Notes: a model not told the origin generated them from the sequence alone. A stretch of 64,000 nt of DNA from an uncultured Myxococcales bacterium (GCA_964640665.1 CAZXHT010000002.1:105170-169169); one strand, 5' to 3'. Positions 1 to 9,189 are shown, numbered from the stretch's first letter. A program made the numbers and translations.

Positions 1-731
1 GGGCGCCAGCCGGTCGTGTCGGCCAGGAGCTGAACCCACAGGTAGCAGACCGCGTCGCGCAAGCTGCCTCGGATCTTGCGCGGGTAGTCGTTGTTGCGGA
101 TGTATTCGCCCAGGCTCTTGCCGGGCAGATTGCCGAGCTGATCGCGGTGCTTGAAGACCTCGAGGTAGGCTTGTCCTGCGGCTGTGAAGATCTGCTCCAT
201 GGTCCAGGCCTTCAGATCGACCGTGCCCTTGGCCTCGACCTTCTCGCGCTTACGGATCTCCCAGGAGTAGTTATGGCCATAGGTCGAAAGCGATTCTGCG
301 AAGAAAAGTTCGAGGACGCTGTGGCCCAGCAGATCCTCCGGCCAGGGTTGTTCCTTCAGGAAACGCACCGCCTTCTCGTAACCGTGCAGCGCCGTGCGCA
401 ACTGGACGTAGCGGATCAACGCCCGGGTCCACTCCTGGCTGTCTTTTTGCTCGGCGGCCTTGGCGATCATTTTCACGACCAGCTTCGAGGCGGCTTCGTA
501 CTTCTGCTCGCCGGTAAGCTTGTCGAACTCTTTCCAGCCGTCGTCGAACTTGCCCGACCACTCGACTAGTGGCAAAGGAGCGCTAATCTTGGCGTCAGGA
601 GGGGGAGATGCTTCTGCGACCTGTCCGCCCCCCATTTCCTGCGGTCCCTCTCGCCCCGGCGGGCAGCCGGTAAAAGCAACACAGACGAAAAACAGCAACG
701 ATCCCAAGATCCACGGTCGCAACGAGCGCAT
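1..731 (-). CDS. Hypothetical lipoprotein, 3' part only; the gene continues past the window start and its ATG lies at 731
   Basis: Reverse-strand translation from ATG at 731 gives MRSLRPWILGSLLFFVCVAFTGCPPG..., a signal peptide plus lipobox (FTGC), then a mostly helical hydrophilic protein. GGAGG RBS at 735-739. Not in the ORF track because it runs off the window edge. Confidence 0.55.
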   Translation of the reverse strand, partial: MRSLRPWILGSLLFFVCVAFTGCPPGREGPQEMGGGQVAEASPPPDAKISAPLPLVEWSGKFDDGWKEFDKLTGEQKYEAASKLVVKMIAKAAEQKDSQEWTRALIRYVQLRTALHGYEKAVRFLKEQPWPEDLLGHSVLELFFAESLSTYGHNYSWEIRKREKVEAKGTVDLKAWTMEQIFTAAGQAYLEVFKHRDQLGNLPGKSLGEYIRNNDYPRKIRGSLRDAVCYLWVQLLADTTGWR

Positions 732-886
732 GGTTTTCCTCCCTGGTCAGACTACTGACAGGTATTTGACGGATGAACTATTTTGCTCACAAAATGCAAT
801 ACGATCCATATCGTCTGAGGATCTTTTTCACAAGCAACTGAATCACCACCCCCGGGACGGATGTGGCATCCACGCGATCTTGCAGG

Positions 887-1225
887 CTATATGGTTTCCA
901 AGAGGCGCTCGATTTCGGGGCGTAGGGGCGGCAGTTCGTTTTTGATGACTGTCCAGATAATGCTCAAGTCGACGCCGAAATATTCGTGGATGAGCTTGTC
1001 GCGCATTCCCGCCATGTATTGCCACGGCACATCAGGGGCTTTCGACCGTATTTCTTCGGGGATGCGTTTGGCGGCTTCACCGATCACTTCCAGGCTGCGC
1101 ACCACGGCATTGATTGTTTTACGGTCGTTCTTAAAGGCCGCAAAGGACATTGCCTCGGTAAACTCGACGGTCTCGTCTACGGCCTCGAGAATATCCTGCA
1201 GACTGTCACCGTAATCTCGCCTCAC
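887..1225 (-). CDS. hepT: HepT-like (DUF86) RNase toxin of a HepT/MntA toxin-antitoxin pair
   Basis: C-terminal R-x4-H-x-Y motif ([12 protein letters not shown]), diagnostic of the HepT/DUF86 family. A GTG start at 1225 overlaps the upstream mntA stop by 4 bp (GTGA). The ORF-track start at 1312 would give a >80-nt overlap and is less likely. Confidence 0.75.
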   Translation of the reverse strand: MRRDYGDSLQDILEAVDETVEFTEAMSFAAFKNDRKTINAVVRSLEVIGEAAKRIPEEIRSKAPDVPWQYMAGMRDKLIHEYFGVDLSIIWTVIKNELPPLRPEIERLLETI

Positions 1226-1695
1226 AGCATTGACACCTCGGCCAAAATACGCCTGCCGATACGCGGCTTGAGCGCCGCCCTGGATACCAAATCTACCCCG
1301 ACACCGAGCCATTTACTCAGTTGTTCTTCCAGTTCCATGAATTTGAAAAATCCCACCGGCTGGTTGAACTCGACTAAGATGTCGACATCGCTTTTCGCGG
1401 TCGCCTCTTCGCGGACGCAGGAGCCAAAAACTCCAATATTGCTGACCCCGTAGTCGTTCAACAGTTGTTCGCGACGTTCTTGTAAAATCGCCTTGATGTT
1501 TTTCAACCTGGGCGGCTCAGCCCCCAGAGCGGCCGCCCCCGATTTCAACCACTCGTCAAGCTCAGCGGTATCGAAGCGCCAGGCATTACCGACCTTGTGT
1601 GCCGGCATTTTTTTTGCCTGCGCCAGCTTGTAAAGCGTGGAACGCCCCATTTTCAGGTGCTTGGCCGCCCCTTCGATGGTCAACCAGTTTGTCAT
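1222..1695 (-). CDS. mntA: MntA-like nucleotidyltransferase antitoxin with an N-terminal excisionase-family HTH DNA-binding domain
   Basis: N-terminus [41 protein letters not shown] matches the excisionase/HTH_17 pattern. It is followed by a minimal nucleotidyltransferase with GS-x9-SDVD ([17 protein letters not shown]). Start taken at the internal Met (1695); the upstream 14 codons of the ORF are AT-rich and promoter-like. Confidence 0.75.
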   Translation of the reverse strand: MTNWLTIEGAAKHLKMGRSTLYKLAQAKKMPAHKVGNAWRFDTAELDEWLKSGAAALGAEPPRLKNIKAILQERREQLLNDYGVSNIGVFGSCVREEATAKSDVDILVEFNQPVGFFKFMELEEQLSKWLGVGVDLVSRAALKPRIGRRILAEVSML

Positions 1696-2013
1696 TTCGA
1701 TTTCCAGTAAATAACATAAAAAGATAAATATGAACAACTATTACCAAGGATAAACAACTACCACCGAAAAGTCAAACACAGCCTTCTCAATGAATCTCGC
1801 TGCTACTGCCAGGTTCCTTGCTGAAGGGCTGTGCGCCACCAGCAACGGGGCCTTGATCCTTGCGACCAGTTCAAGCGGTGACCTCTTCTCCGCCTTGCGC
1901 CGATCCGCGCTCTTTTCGTACACCATCTTGCGTGCGTCCTTGAGCTACACTCCCACCGGCACATCGAAAGCTATCGAAAGATAAACAGAATCTATATCAC
2001 AAACAAGCGGCAG

Positions 2014-2925
2014 TTGCATCATACTCGGCCCGGTGGTACCTTTTGCGCCGTGAAATTGCTGCGTTCTAGTATTATTGCCATCTTGTGGCTCGGCGTGCTG
2101 TGGGCGGTCTCGCTGCCTGTCGGCTGCGCGCACGGGGCTCGCATCGTTCTCGATGATCCGGCCGGCGATGACAACGGGCCCGGCTCTTATCGTTACCCAG
2201 ACAATCCCGCCTTCGGCGCGGGCAGCTTCGATCTGCGCCGATTCTCCTTGACCCTCGAAAAAGACTACTGGGTGGTGTCAATCGCCTTCGCGGCCAGGGT
2301 CAAGCGGGCGCCGGTTTTCGTGTCGCGCGACGACCGGCGCGATCTCTTCATGCAAACCGTCGACGTCTACCTGCGAACCTGCGCGGAAAAGGGCCACCTC
2401 GACAGCCTGCCCGGCCGCGGAGTGATGTTCGCCCCGGGACAGGCATGGAATCGAGCACTGGTTCTCTCGCCCGTGCCCGGGCTGCTGCGCGAGGCTCTCG
2501 ACAAGACCTTCCCCGGCGCCGGGGATGTTTTCGTGCCGCGCAGGGTGCGCATAAGCGGTCACAGGCTCGTGGCCAGGGTGCCGGTCGCTTTCCTGGGGCA
2601 GGCTTGGCCCGCGGCGGTATCCGTGCTGGTCTCCGCGACCCGCTTTTCCCCCTCGTTCGATCTGATCGACCGCGCCCGGGGGCGCCTGGCTCCCGAGGGA
2701 CTGGTGATGACGGTTGAGAAATCGGCTGGCGAGTGCCGCCTGGACGATGCCGGCGGAATAGCCTGCCACTTTTCCGGTTGCGATCCGTGCGGCGGGCATC
2801 CAAACGTTATCGACCTGCTCGCGCCCGAGGGAACACAGACGGATCTTCTTTCCAGCTACAACCCAGACACCGGCGAGCCGGCCAGAATTCCGCTTGTCGC
2901 GGTCGGCCCGTCCGACAAGGAGTAG
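2014..2925 (+). CDS. Secreted glucodextranase-domain-like protein, likely an accessory of the adjacent sugar transporter
   Basis: N-terminal signal peptide (KLLRSSIIAILWLGVLWAVSLPVGCA). Motif DDPAGDDNGPGSYRYPDNPAF...GSFDL recalls the glucodextranase-like domain often encoded beside CUT1 sugar ABC systems. An alternative GTG start at 2050 is possible. Confidence 0.5.
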   Translation: MHHTRPGGTFCAVKLLRSSIIAILWLGVLWAVSLPVGCAHGARIVLDDPAGDDNGPGSYRYPDNPAFGAGSFDLRRFSLTLEKDYWVVSIAFAARVKRAPVFVSRDDRRDLFMQTVDVYLRTCAEKGHLDSLPGRGVMFAPGQAWNRALVLSPVPGLLREALDKTFPGAGDVFVPRRVRISGHRLVARVPVAFLGQAWPAAVSVLVSATRFSPSFDLIDRARGRLAPEGLVMTVEKSAGECRLDDAGGIACHFSGCDPCGGHPNVIDLLAPEGTQTDLLSSYNPDTGEPARIPLVAVGPSDKE

Positions 2926-2934
2926 TGTGAGATC

Positions 2935-4017
2935 ATGGCCGGAGTAGTCTTGAAAAACGTTACCAAGCGTTTCGGCGAAGTGGTGGCGGTACGCGACGTA
3001 AGTATCGAGATAGAAGAAGGCGAGTTTTTGGTGCTGGTCGGACCTTCCGGTTGCGGCAAAACCACTACGCTGCGCATGGTGGCCGGGCTCGAGGAAATAT
3101 CGGAAGGCGATCTGCTGATCGACGGCAAGCGCATGAACGACGTGCATCCCAAGGATCGCGACATCGCCATGGTTTTCCAGTCCTACGCCCTCTATCCCCA
3201 CATGAACGTCATGCAGAACATGAGCTTCGGCCTCAAGATGCGCGGTATGAAAAAAGCCGAGGTTAAAAAGCGCGTCGGTGAAGCGGCCGAGATTCTGGGA
3301 CTCGGCGATCTGCTGAGTCGTAAACCCAAGGAACTTTCCGGCGGCCAGCGCCAGCGAGTGGCCATGGGGCGGGCGATCGTGCGCAAACCCAAAGTTTTCT
3401 TGTTCGACGAGCCGCTTTCCAACCTGGATGCCAAGCTGCGGGTGCAGATGCGTGCCGAGATAGCCAAACTTCACCGGCGCATTGGCACCACCATCATCTA
3501 TGTCACACACGACCAGGTCGAAGCCATGACGCTGGCCGATCGTATAGTAGTCATGCAGGGTGGCCTGGCCCAGCAAATGGGCGCGCCGCTCGATGTGTTC
3601 GAACATCCCCGCAACCGATTCGTGGCCGGATTCATCGGCAGCCCACCGATGAACTTTTTGCCCTGCACTCTCGACCAAGACGCGCACATCAAGGGGGACG
3701 GCTTTAATATAGCCTTGCCCGTGAGCCTACGACACGCGGTCGAGGGCAAGAAGGGCGATGTCGAACTCGGGATCCGGCCGACCAATATAGGACTTCGAAG
3801 CGCGGAACAGGCAGACAGCCACGGCCCGAGAGGAGTGGTGGAAGTCATTGAGCCGATGGGCACGGAGACCTTTTTGAGCATACGCGTCGGCGAGGCGGCG
3901 CTTATCGTCAGGGACGAGGCTCGCAGTGAAGCCAAGGTCGGTGACGAGGTGGAACTCGTCCCGGACATCGAGCGGGCTCACTTGTTCGACGGCAGCACGG
4001 GCGAGACAATTTTCTAA
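2935..4017 (+). CDS. Sugar ABC transporter ATP-binding protein (MalK/MsmX/UgpC family)
   Basis: Walker A GPSGCGKTT, Q-loop, signature LSGGQRQRVAMGRA, Walker B FLFDEPLSNLDA, H-loop, and a C-terminal TOBE/MalK regulatory-like domain. Confidence 0.9.
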   Translation: MAGVVLKNVTKRFGEVVAVRDVSIEIEEGEFLVLVGPSGCGKTTTLRMVAGLEEISEGDLLIDGKRMNDVHPKDRDIAMVFQSYALYPHMNVMQNMSFGLKMRGMKKAEVKKRVGEAAEILGLGDLLSRKPKELSGGQRQRVAMGRAIVRKPKVFLFDEPLSNLDAKLRVQMRAEIAKLHRRIGTTIIYVTHDQVEAMTLADRIVVMQGGLAQQMGAPLDVFEHPRNRFVAGFIGSPPMNFLPCTLDQDAHIKGDGFNIALPVSLRHAVEGKKGDVELGIRPTNIGLRSAEQADSHGPRGVVEVIEPMGTETFLSIRVGEAALIVRDEARSEAKVGDEVELVPDIERAHLFDGSTGETIF

Positions 4018-4033
4018 GACAGGGACAGGTTTT

Positions 4034-6265
4034 TTGAGGCGCACGATCTCATGTTTGCTGTTTGGGTTGCTTTTAGCGCCCGGCGCGCTTGCCGGAGAGA
4101 CAATCACTCTCTGGCACTCCTACCGTGCCCAGGAGCGCGACGCGCTTGAAAAGACGATCTCCGAGTTCAACACAACGCATAAGAACATTCAGATCAAGAC
4201 CGTCTTCGTCCCTTATGACGCCTACCTCGACAAGCTGACCGCGGCCATACCCCACGGACACGGCCCGGATATATTCATCGCGGCCCACGATCGCATCGGC
4301 GGCTGGGCCGACTCGGGGCATATCGCTCCGCTCGACGGCTACCTCAAGCCCGGCATGAAAGATCGCTTTTTCAAAAAGACGATCGATCCGCTGGTATATC
4401 GCCGCAAGCTCTACGGCCTGCCGACTGCCTTCAAGAGCGCGGCCCTGTTCTACAACAAGAAGATGATAGCCAGTCCGCCGGCCGACACCGACCGGATGAT
4501 TGCCCTGGCGCGTTCTTTTGCCGGCCGCAAGAACCCTGACGGCCAGCCGATCTACGGACTGGTGTGGGAACATTCGGATCTCTACTTTCATGCCGCTTGG
4601 CTGTTCGGTTTCGGCGGCGGCCTGTTCGACAACAAGCAGAACCTGGCGCTCGATTCGCCCGAGAACGCCGCCTCGCTGGCCTTCATGCATCACCTGGTGG
4701 CCGAGCTGAAGTTGGCCCCCCAGGACGCGACTTCGATCAAAGTGACTTCACTGTTCAACAGCGGTCGCGCGGCCATGGTCATCAACGGGCCCTGGTTTCG
4801 GGGCGAGATCGACACTCGACGGGTAGACTACGGCGTGGCCGTGCTGCCCGAGATAAGCCAAAGCGGCCGGCATGCCATGCCATTCGTCGGCGCGGAGGCC
4901 TTCCTGCTCTCGGCGCACACCAAGCATCCCGCCCAGGCCTTCACTGTGATTGAACAGTTAACCCGGGACGCCGCCGCCAGGGTGCGAATTCTCGAGGGGT
5001 TTCAACCGGTGGCCAACATCCAGCTCTACGACGATCCAGCCGTGCGAGCCGATCCTGTCATGGGCGTTTTTCGCGGGCAGCTCAAGTACGCGGTGCCCAT
5101 GCGCAACACGCCCGAGATGCGCATGGTCTGGGTGCCGATGAACCACGCCCTGGTGAACGCCGTGACCGGTCGAGCCACGCCCGAGCAGGCCTTGACCGAG
5201 GCCCAGTTGAGGGCCGGCTCGCAGATAGCCGGGTTCCGCAAGGGCCGGGCGCTAAAGGCGGCAGGCACCGGCAGCGATCAGTTCGTGCGCGCCCTGGCCT
5301 GGGGTTGCGGCGGCGGGTTGCTGGTGCTGCTTATCTTTGTAGCCGTCTTCTTCAGGCGTTTCAAACGACTGCTGCATGATGCCTGGCACGAGAAGAGCGC
5401 CTATGCATACATCGGACCGGCCATGCTGGCCATAGCGGTGTTGGTTTTCGTGCCTTTCTTGGTCGGTCTGGGGCTTGGTTTCTTCCGCTATTACCAGGGC
5501 GAGTACTTCTACGTCGGCGCCAAGAACTTCACCGACATTCTCTCGTCCCGCGAGTATCCAATAAGCGATCCGTTCAGTTTCTACTACAAACTTTTTATTA
5601 CCGTCATCTGGACGGCCGCCAACGTCTTCATCCACGTGGCGCTGGGACTCTCGCTTGCGCTGCTTTTGAAAAATCCGCTGCTGAAGATGAAGGCTGTCTA
5701 TCGGGTGCTGCTTATTATTCCCTGGGCCATTCCCAACTACATCACCGCCATCATCTGGCGCGGCATGTTCGATGCCGACGACGGGGTTATAAACCACCTT
5801 TTTGGAATCGTGGGCTACTCGTGGTGGAACTCCACCGGCTCGGCTTTCGCGGCCAACCTGGTGGCCAACTGCTGGCTGGGTTTTCCCTTCATGATGGTGG
5901 TTTGCCTGGGCGCGCTGCAGTCGATCCCCAAGGATCTCTACGAGGCGGCCGATGTCGACGGGGCGAGTCGATTCCACAAGTTCCGCCACATCACCTTGCC
6001 GTTGCTCAAGCCGGCCCTGTTTCCGGCCATTATCCTGGGAACAATCTGGACCTTCAACATGTTCAACATCATTTACTTGGTCAGTCGCGGGGCGCCCAAC
6101 GGAGGCACCGACATTTTGGTGATCGAGGCTTTTCGCTGGGCTTTCGAGCGCGGAGATCGCTACGGCTACGCTGCGGCCTACTCGACTTTAATCTTCGCCA
6201 TTCTGTTTCTGTACACGCTGATGACCAATCGCATCACGCGCGCAACCGAGGGAGCCTTCGACTGA
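4034..6265 (+). CDS. Fusion protein: MalE-like periplasmic sugar-binding domain fused to a MalF-type ABC permease
   Basis: After the signal peptide (LRRTISCLLFGLLLAPGALA) comes a MalE-like region (GETITLWHSY ... GPDIFIAAHDRIGGWADSGHIAPL ... VINGPW). It is followed without a stop by 6 TM helices and an EAA loop (DVDGASRFHKFRHITLPLLKPAL). An in-frame TTG at 4034 is the likely start; the ORF-track start at 3926 overlaps malK and is unlikely. Confidence 0.7.
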   Translation: MRRTISCLLFGLLLAPGALAGETITLWHSYRAQERDALEKTISEFNTTHKNIQIKTVFVPYDAYLDKLTAAIPHGHGPDIFIAAHDRIGGWADSGHIAPLDGYLKPGMKDRFFKKTIDPLVYRRKLYGLPTAFKSAALFYNKKMIASPPADTDRMIALARSFAGRKNPDGQPIYGLVWEHSDLYFHAAWLFGFGGGLFDNKQNLALDSPENAASLAFMHHLVAELKLAPQDATSIKVTSLFNSGRAAMVINGPWFRGEIDTRRVDYGVAVLPEISQSGRHAMPFVGAEAFLLSAHTKHPAQAFTVIEQLTRDAAARVRILEGFQPVANIQLYDDPAVRADPVMGVFRGQLKYAVPMRNTPEMRMVWVPMNHALVNAVTGRATPEQALTEAQLRAGSQIAGFRKGRALKAAGTGSDQFVRALAWGCGGGLLVLLIFVAVFFRRFKRLLHDAWHEKSAYAYIGPAMLAIAVLVFVPFLVGLGLGFFRYYQGEYFYVGAKNFTDILSSREYPISDPFSFYYKLFITVIWTAANVFIHVALGLSLALLLKNPLLKMKAVYRVLLIIPWAIPNYITAIIWRGMFDADDGVINHLFGIVGYSWWNSTGSAFAANLVANCWLGFPFMMVVCLGALQSIPKDLYEAADVDGASRFHKFRHITLPLLKPALFPAIILGTIWTFNMFNIIYLVSRGAPNGGTDILVIEAFRWAFERGDRYGYAAAYSTLIFAILFLYTLMTNRITRATEGAFD

Positions 6266-6266
6266 C

Positions 6267-7454
6267 ATGCAACACTCTACCCGCTTCGGTCGCGCAATGA
6301 CCCACGCCTTTCTGATCGTCTTCACTTTGATAGTATTGTTTCCGGTCGTGAAGGTGTTCCAGATCGCACTCCAGCAGCGGCAGACGTTCGACATGCGCTT
6401 GGATCCACTTCCGGATGCCGATCTCTTGACGCTCGACAACTTCACGGATGTGGTTTCGCGCTCCAAGGCCGAAGGGCTGGGGCCCGAACTGTCCGCGGAG
6501 GACGTCTCCAGGCTTGCAGAATTTCTGTCTTCCGTGCCGCAGCCGAGCGCGGACGCGGACAGCGACGAGGCGGACGACGAGGACGAATGGGAAGTTCCGG
6601 CAGCGATGGCTTCTTTCATGAAAAACAAGCGCTGCTTCGCTTGTCACCTGTTGGGGGAAGAGGGGCGCGAGGGATTGGGCGGCGACCTTCGCTCGGCGGC
6701 AGCGCTTGGTAGATCCGGGATTGCCGAATGGCTTGCAGATCCGACGCGCGAGCGAGCGTCCGAGATGAACATCAGCGCCAAGCCCACCGGCCTGATGGAG
6801 CGCCGCAATGTCTGGGTCTTCGGCCACCAGTTGAGAAACAGTCTGATCGTCTCGCTGGTGACGACGCTACTGGGAATATTTCTGGCCTGCACTGCGGCCT
6901 ATGCGTTCTCGCGCTTCCGTTTTCCCGGTCGGCGCGCGGGTCTTCTGAGCTTCTTGGTCATCCAGATGTTCCCCGGTACCATGATGATGATCCCGATTTA
7001 CATCTTGATCGACAGGCTGGGCCTTTTGGATCAGCTGCTAGGCCTGGTGCTGGTCTACTCGACCACGGCCATTCCATTCTGTGTCTGGATGTTGAAGGGA
7101 TATTTCGACACCATCCCGAAAGAACTCGAGGAGTCGGCCATCATCGACGGAGCAAGCCGGGTGCGCATCTTCTGGAGCATAGTGCTGCCGCTGGCCAAGC
7201 CGGCCATCGCCGTGACCGGCCTGTTTTCGTTCATGACAGCCTGGAACGAGTTCATCCTGGCCGCGACTTTCATGAACGAGGAGACATCGGTCACACTGCC
7301 GGTGATGCTCAACGGTTTCGTCTCCAGGACGACGGTCGAATGGGGGCACTTCGCCGCCGGGGCGATCATCGTCTCGATTCCGGTGGTGGCCCTGTTCTTC
7401 TTGCTGCAGCGCCACCTGGTGGGAGGCTTGACGGCGGGCGGGGTGAAGGGATAG
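6267..7454 (+). CDS. MalG-like ABC sugar permease with a large periplasmic insertion containing a cytochrome c-like CXXCH domain
   Basis: C-terminus ...LQRHLVGGLTAGGVKG and EAA loop IDGASRVRIFWSIVLPLAKPA are typical of MalG/CUT1 second permeases. Between TM1 and TM2 lies a ~150-aa loop with an acidic stretch (DADSDEADDEDEWE) and CFACH ... GGDL ... EWLADP ... KPTGLM, the pattern of class-I c-type cytochromes. Confidence 0.8.
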   Translation: MQHSTRFGRAMTHAFLIVFTLIVLFPVVKVFQIALQQRQTFDMRLDPLPDADLLTLDNFTDVVSRSKAEGLGPELSAEDVSRLAEFLSSVPQPSADADSDEADDEDEWEVPAAMASFMKNKRCFACHLLGEEGREGLGGDLRSAAALGRSGIAEWLADPTRERASEMNISAKPTGLMERRNVWVFGHQLRNSLIVSLVTTLLGIFLACTAAYAFSRFRFPGRRAGLLSFLVIQMFPGTMMMIPIYILIDRLGLLDQLLGLVLVYSTTAIPFCVWMLKGYFDTIPKELEESAIIDGASRVRIFWSIVLPLAKPAIAVTGLFSFMTAWNEFILAATFMNEETSVTLPVMLNGFVSRTTVEWGHFAAGAIIVSIPVVALFFLLQRHLVGGLTAGGVKG

Positions 7455-7481
7455 GCAGGTGTTTGACTTGGAGGTGTCCGG

Positions 7482-8831
7482 ATGAGTAATCCTTTTGGAC
7501 TGGAACGACCTGAAATACTCGACCTGGCACCGCCGCAGCCGCGCACGGTCGACGAGACCGGGCTGAGCATCGGGCTGCTGAACGACTTGGCGCTGCGCTT
7601 TCTCTACTACGGGGGCGTCCTTTCCGGTGTCGGGCTGGCGGACGAAATGGGCCTGCCCTACTCCGGGGTGGTCGAGGAGGTGATCCACTTTTCGGCTCAG
7701 GAGAAGTTGATCGACATGAAGGGCGGCAAGGGTTTCGGCCGGGCGTCGTTCGACTATACCCTGACCGAGCGCGGGCGTGAAGTGGCACGCGAGGCCGTGC
7801 GCCGGACGTCCTATACTGGCCGGGCCCCGGTGCCTCTCGACCAATACGCCGCGCTGGTGCGGCTGCAGATGCAGGACGTGCCCTCGATTGATCGCGGAGA
7901 CATCGCCGAGGCCTTCAAGATGCTGGTTTTACCGAGCGGTTTCTACGATCAGCTCGGCCCGGCGATCAATTCGAGCCGCTCGTTGTTTCTGTACGGCCCA
8001 CCCGGCAACGGCAAGACTACAGTCGCCGAGATCGTAGCCGACATTCTTGGCGGTGAGGTGTTCGTGCCGCATGCCATAGAGATCGACGGGCAAATCATCA
8101 AGGTCTACGATCCCCTGGCGCACCGGGCGATAGATCTCGATCGGGCGCCGGTCAGGCCTCCGCCAATCAAGGGACGCCAGGTAGCCGCGCCGCTGATGAA
8201 GAAGACCGGCCCGGAGTTCGACCGGCGCTGGCTGCTTTCGCGCCGTCCATCGGTAGTTGTCGGCGGCGAGTTGACACTGGAGACGCTCGACCTGATTTAC
8301 AACGAGAACGCCCAGTTCTACGAGGCCCCCTTCCAGGTCAAGGCCAACGGCGGCATGTTGTTGATAGACGACTTCGGGCGCCAGCGGGTGCACCCGACAG
8401 ACCTGCTCAACCGCTGGATCGTCCCGCTGGAGAAGAGGATCGACTACCTGACGCTGCACACGGGCAAGAAATTCGAGATCCCCTTCGATCAGCTGATAAT
8501 CTTCGCCACCAATCTCGATCCCAAAGAGCTTGTCGACGAGGCCTTCCTGCGGCGTATCAAGTACAAGATCGAGGTGTCCAATCCCTCGGAGCGTGCCTAC
8601 CGCAAGATCTTCCGTGACGTCTGCGGGGCCAAGGGAATTGGCTATGTCGACGAGGTGGTGAGCTATATTATGAAAAGCTACTACAAGCAGTACGACATGG
8701 AACTACGCGCTTGCCATCCGCGCGACATCATCAACCTGCTCATCGACGTGGCCCGCTTCAAGCGCAAGAAGCCCGCCCTCGATCAGGAGCTGATCGACCA
8801 GGCCTGCCTGTCATTCTTCGTGGCCATGTGA
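7482..8831 (+). CDS. AAA+ ATPase (classical AAA clade) with a ~150-aa N-terminal domain of unknown function
   Basis: Walker A LFLYGPPGNGKTTVAEIV, Walker B-like GGMLLIDDFGRQ (DD rather than DE), sensor-1/SRH IIFATNLDPKELVDEAFLRRIKYKIEV. No recognisable signature in the N-terminal 150 aa. Confidence 0.7.
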   Translation: MSNPFGLERPEILDLAPPQPRTVDETGLSIGLLNDLALRFLYYGGVLSGVGLADEMGLPYSGVVEEVIHFSAQEKLIDMKGGKGFGRASFDYTLTERGREVAREAVRRTSYTGRAPVPLDQYAALVRLQMQDVPSIDRGDIAEAFKMLVLPSGFYDQLGPAINSSRSLFLYGPPGNGKTTVAEIVADILGGEVFVPHAIEIDGQIIKVYDPLAHRAIDLDRAPVRPPPIKGRQVAAPLMKKTGPEFDRRWLLSRRPSVVVGGELTLETLDLIYNENAQFYEAPFQVKANGGMLLIDDFGRQRVHPTDLLNRWIVPLEKRIDYLTLHTGKKFEIPFDQLIIFATNLDPKELVDEAFLRRIKYKIEVSNPSERAYRKIFRDVCGAKGIGYVDEVVSYIMKSYYKQYDMELRACHPRDIINLLIDVARFKRKKPALDQELIDQACLSFFVAM

Positions 8832-8863
8832 GTCATTGTACCGCTGAACCAACCAATTAAGAC

Positions 8864-8892
8864 TTGACAGGTTATTATAATATGACTACTAT
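8864..8892 (+). promoter_or_regulatory. Putative sigma70-type promoter of the vapBC operon
   Basis: TTGACA at 8864-8869, 17-nt spacer, TACTAT at 8887-8892, inside a conspicuously AT-rich 40-bp stretch immediately upstream of the vapB ATG. Confidence 0.35.
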
Positions 8893-8898
8893 GGTCAT

Positions 8899-9189
8899 AT
8901 GGCTTCTGTAGGACTGGCAGAACTCAAGGCTCGTCTGAGCGCTTTTCTCAAACAGGTCAAGGCAGGCCAGGAATTACTTATCACGGAGAGGGGTGTGCCG
9001 GTTGCCAGGATTGTGCCCTTACCGAGTGCCTCGGAGCGCAACGGGCGTCGAGAGCGACTAGCCAAGGAGGGGTTGCTCCATCTGGGAAATGGGCGGGTCA
9101 GAGATCTGCTCAGGAATCCGCCGGAAGGAGAACAGATCGGGCAAGGCGTGTTGGATGCCTTGATCGCGGAGAGAGAGGAAGGACGTTAG
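8899..9189 (+). CDS. vapB: Phd/YefM-family antitoxin (VapB-like)
   Basis: Small protein MASVGLAELKARLSAFLKQVKAGQELLITERGVPVARIVPLP matches the Phd/YefM N-terminal pattern. It lies directly upstream of a PIN-domain gene with a 1-nt overlap. Confidence 0.7.
   Translation: MASVGLAELKARLSAFLKQVKAGQELLITERGVPVARIVPLPSASERNGRRERLAKEGLLHLGNGRVRDLLRNPPEGEQIGQGVLDALIAEREEGR

Noticed and set aside
1741-1926. 61-aa minus-strand ORF (MVYEKSADRRKAEKRSPLELVARIKAPLLVAHSP...) between the TA pair and the sugar locus
   Set aside because: No RBS, no recognisable family. A competing 64-aa ORF lies on the opposite strand in the same place. It could be a gene remnant, but I cannot support calling it.
2278-3687. 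469-aa minus-strand ORF antisense to the MalK-like ATPase gene, plus many similar long antisense ORFs (e.g. 5252-5989, 7038-7844, 23575-24432, 58772-60118, 61058-62359)
   Set aside because: Their products are Arg/Pro/Gly/Ala-rich, low-complexity and motif-free. They mirror strongly supported genes on the opposite strand. Long stop-free antisense frames are an expected artefact of ~65% GC DNA.
3926-4033. N-terminal 36 codons of the 3926-6265 ORF (MKPRSVTRWNSSRTSSGLTCSTAARARQFSKTG...)
   Set aside because: This stretch overlaps the 3' end of the ATPase gene in another frame and has no signal-peptide character. The real signal peptide starts at the in-frame TTG at 4034.
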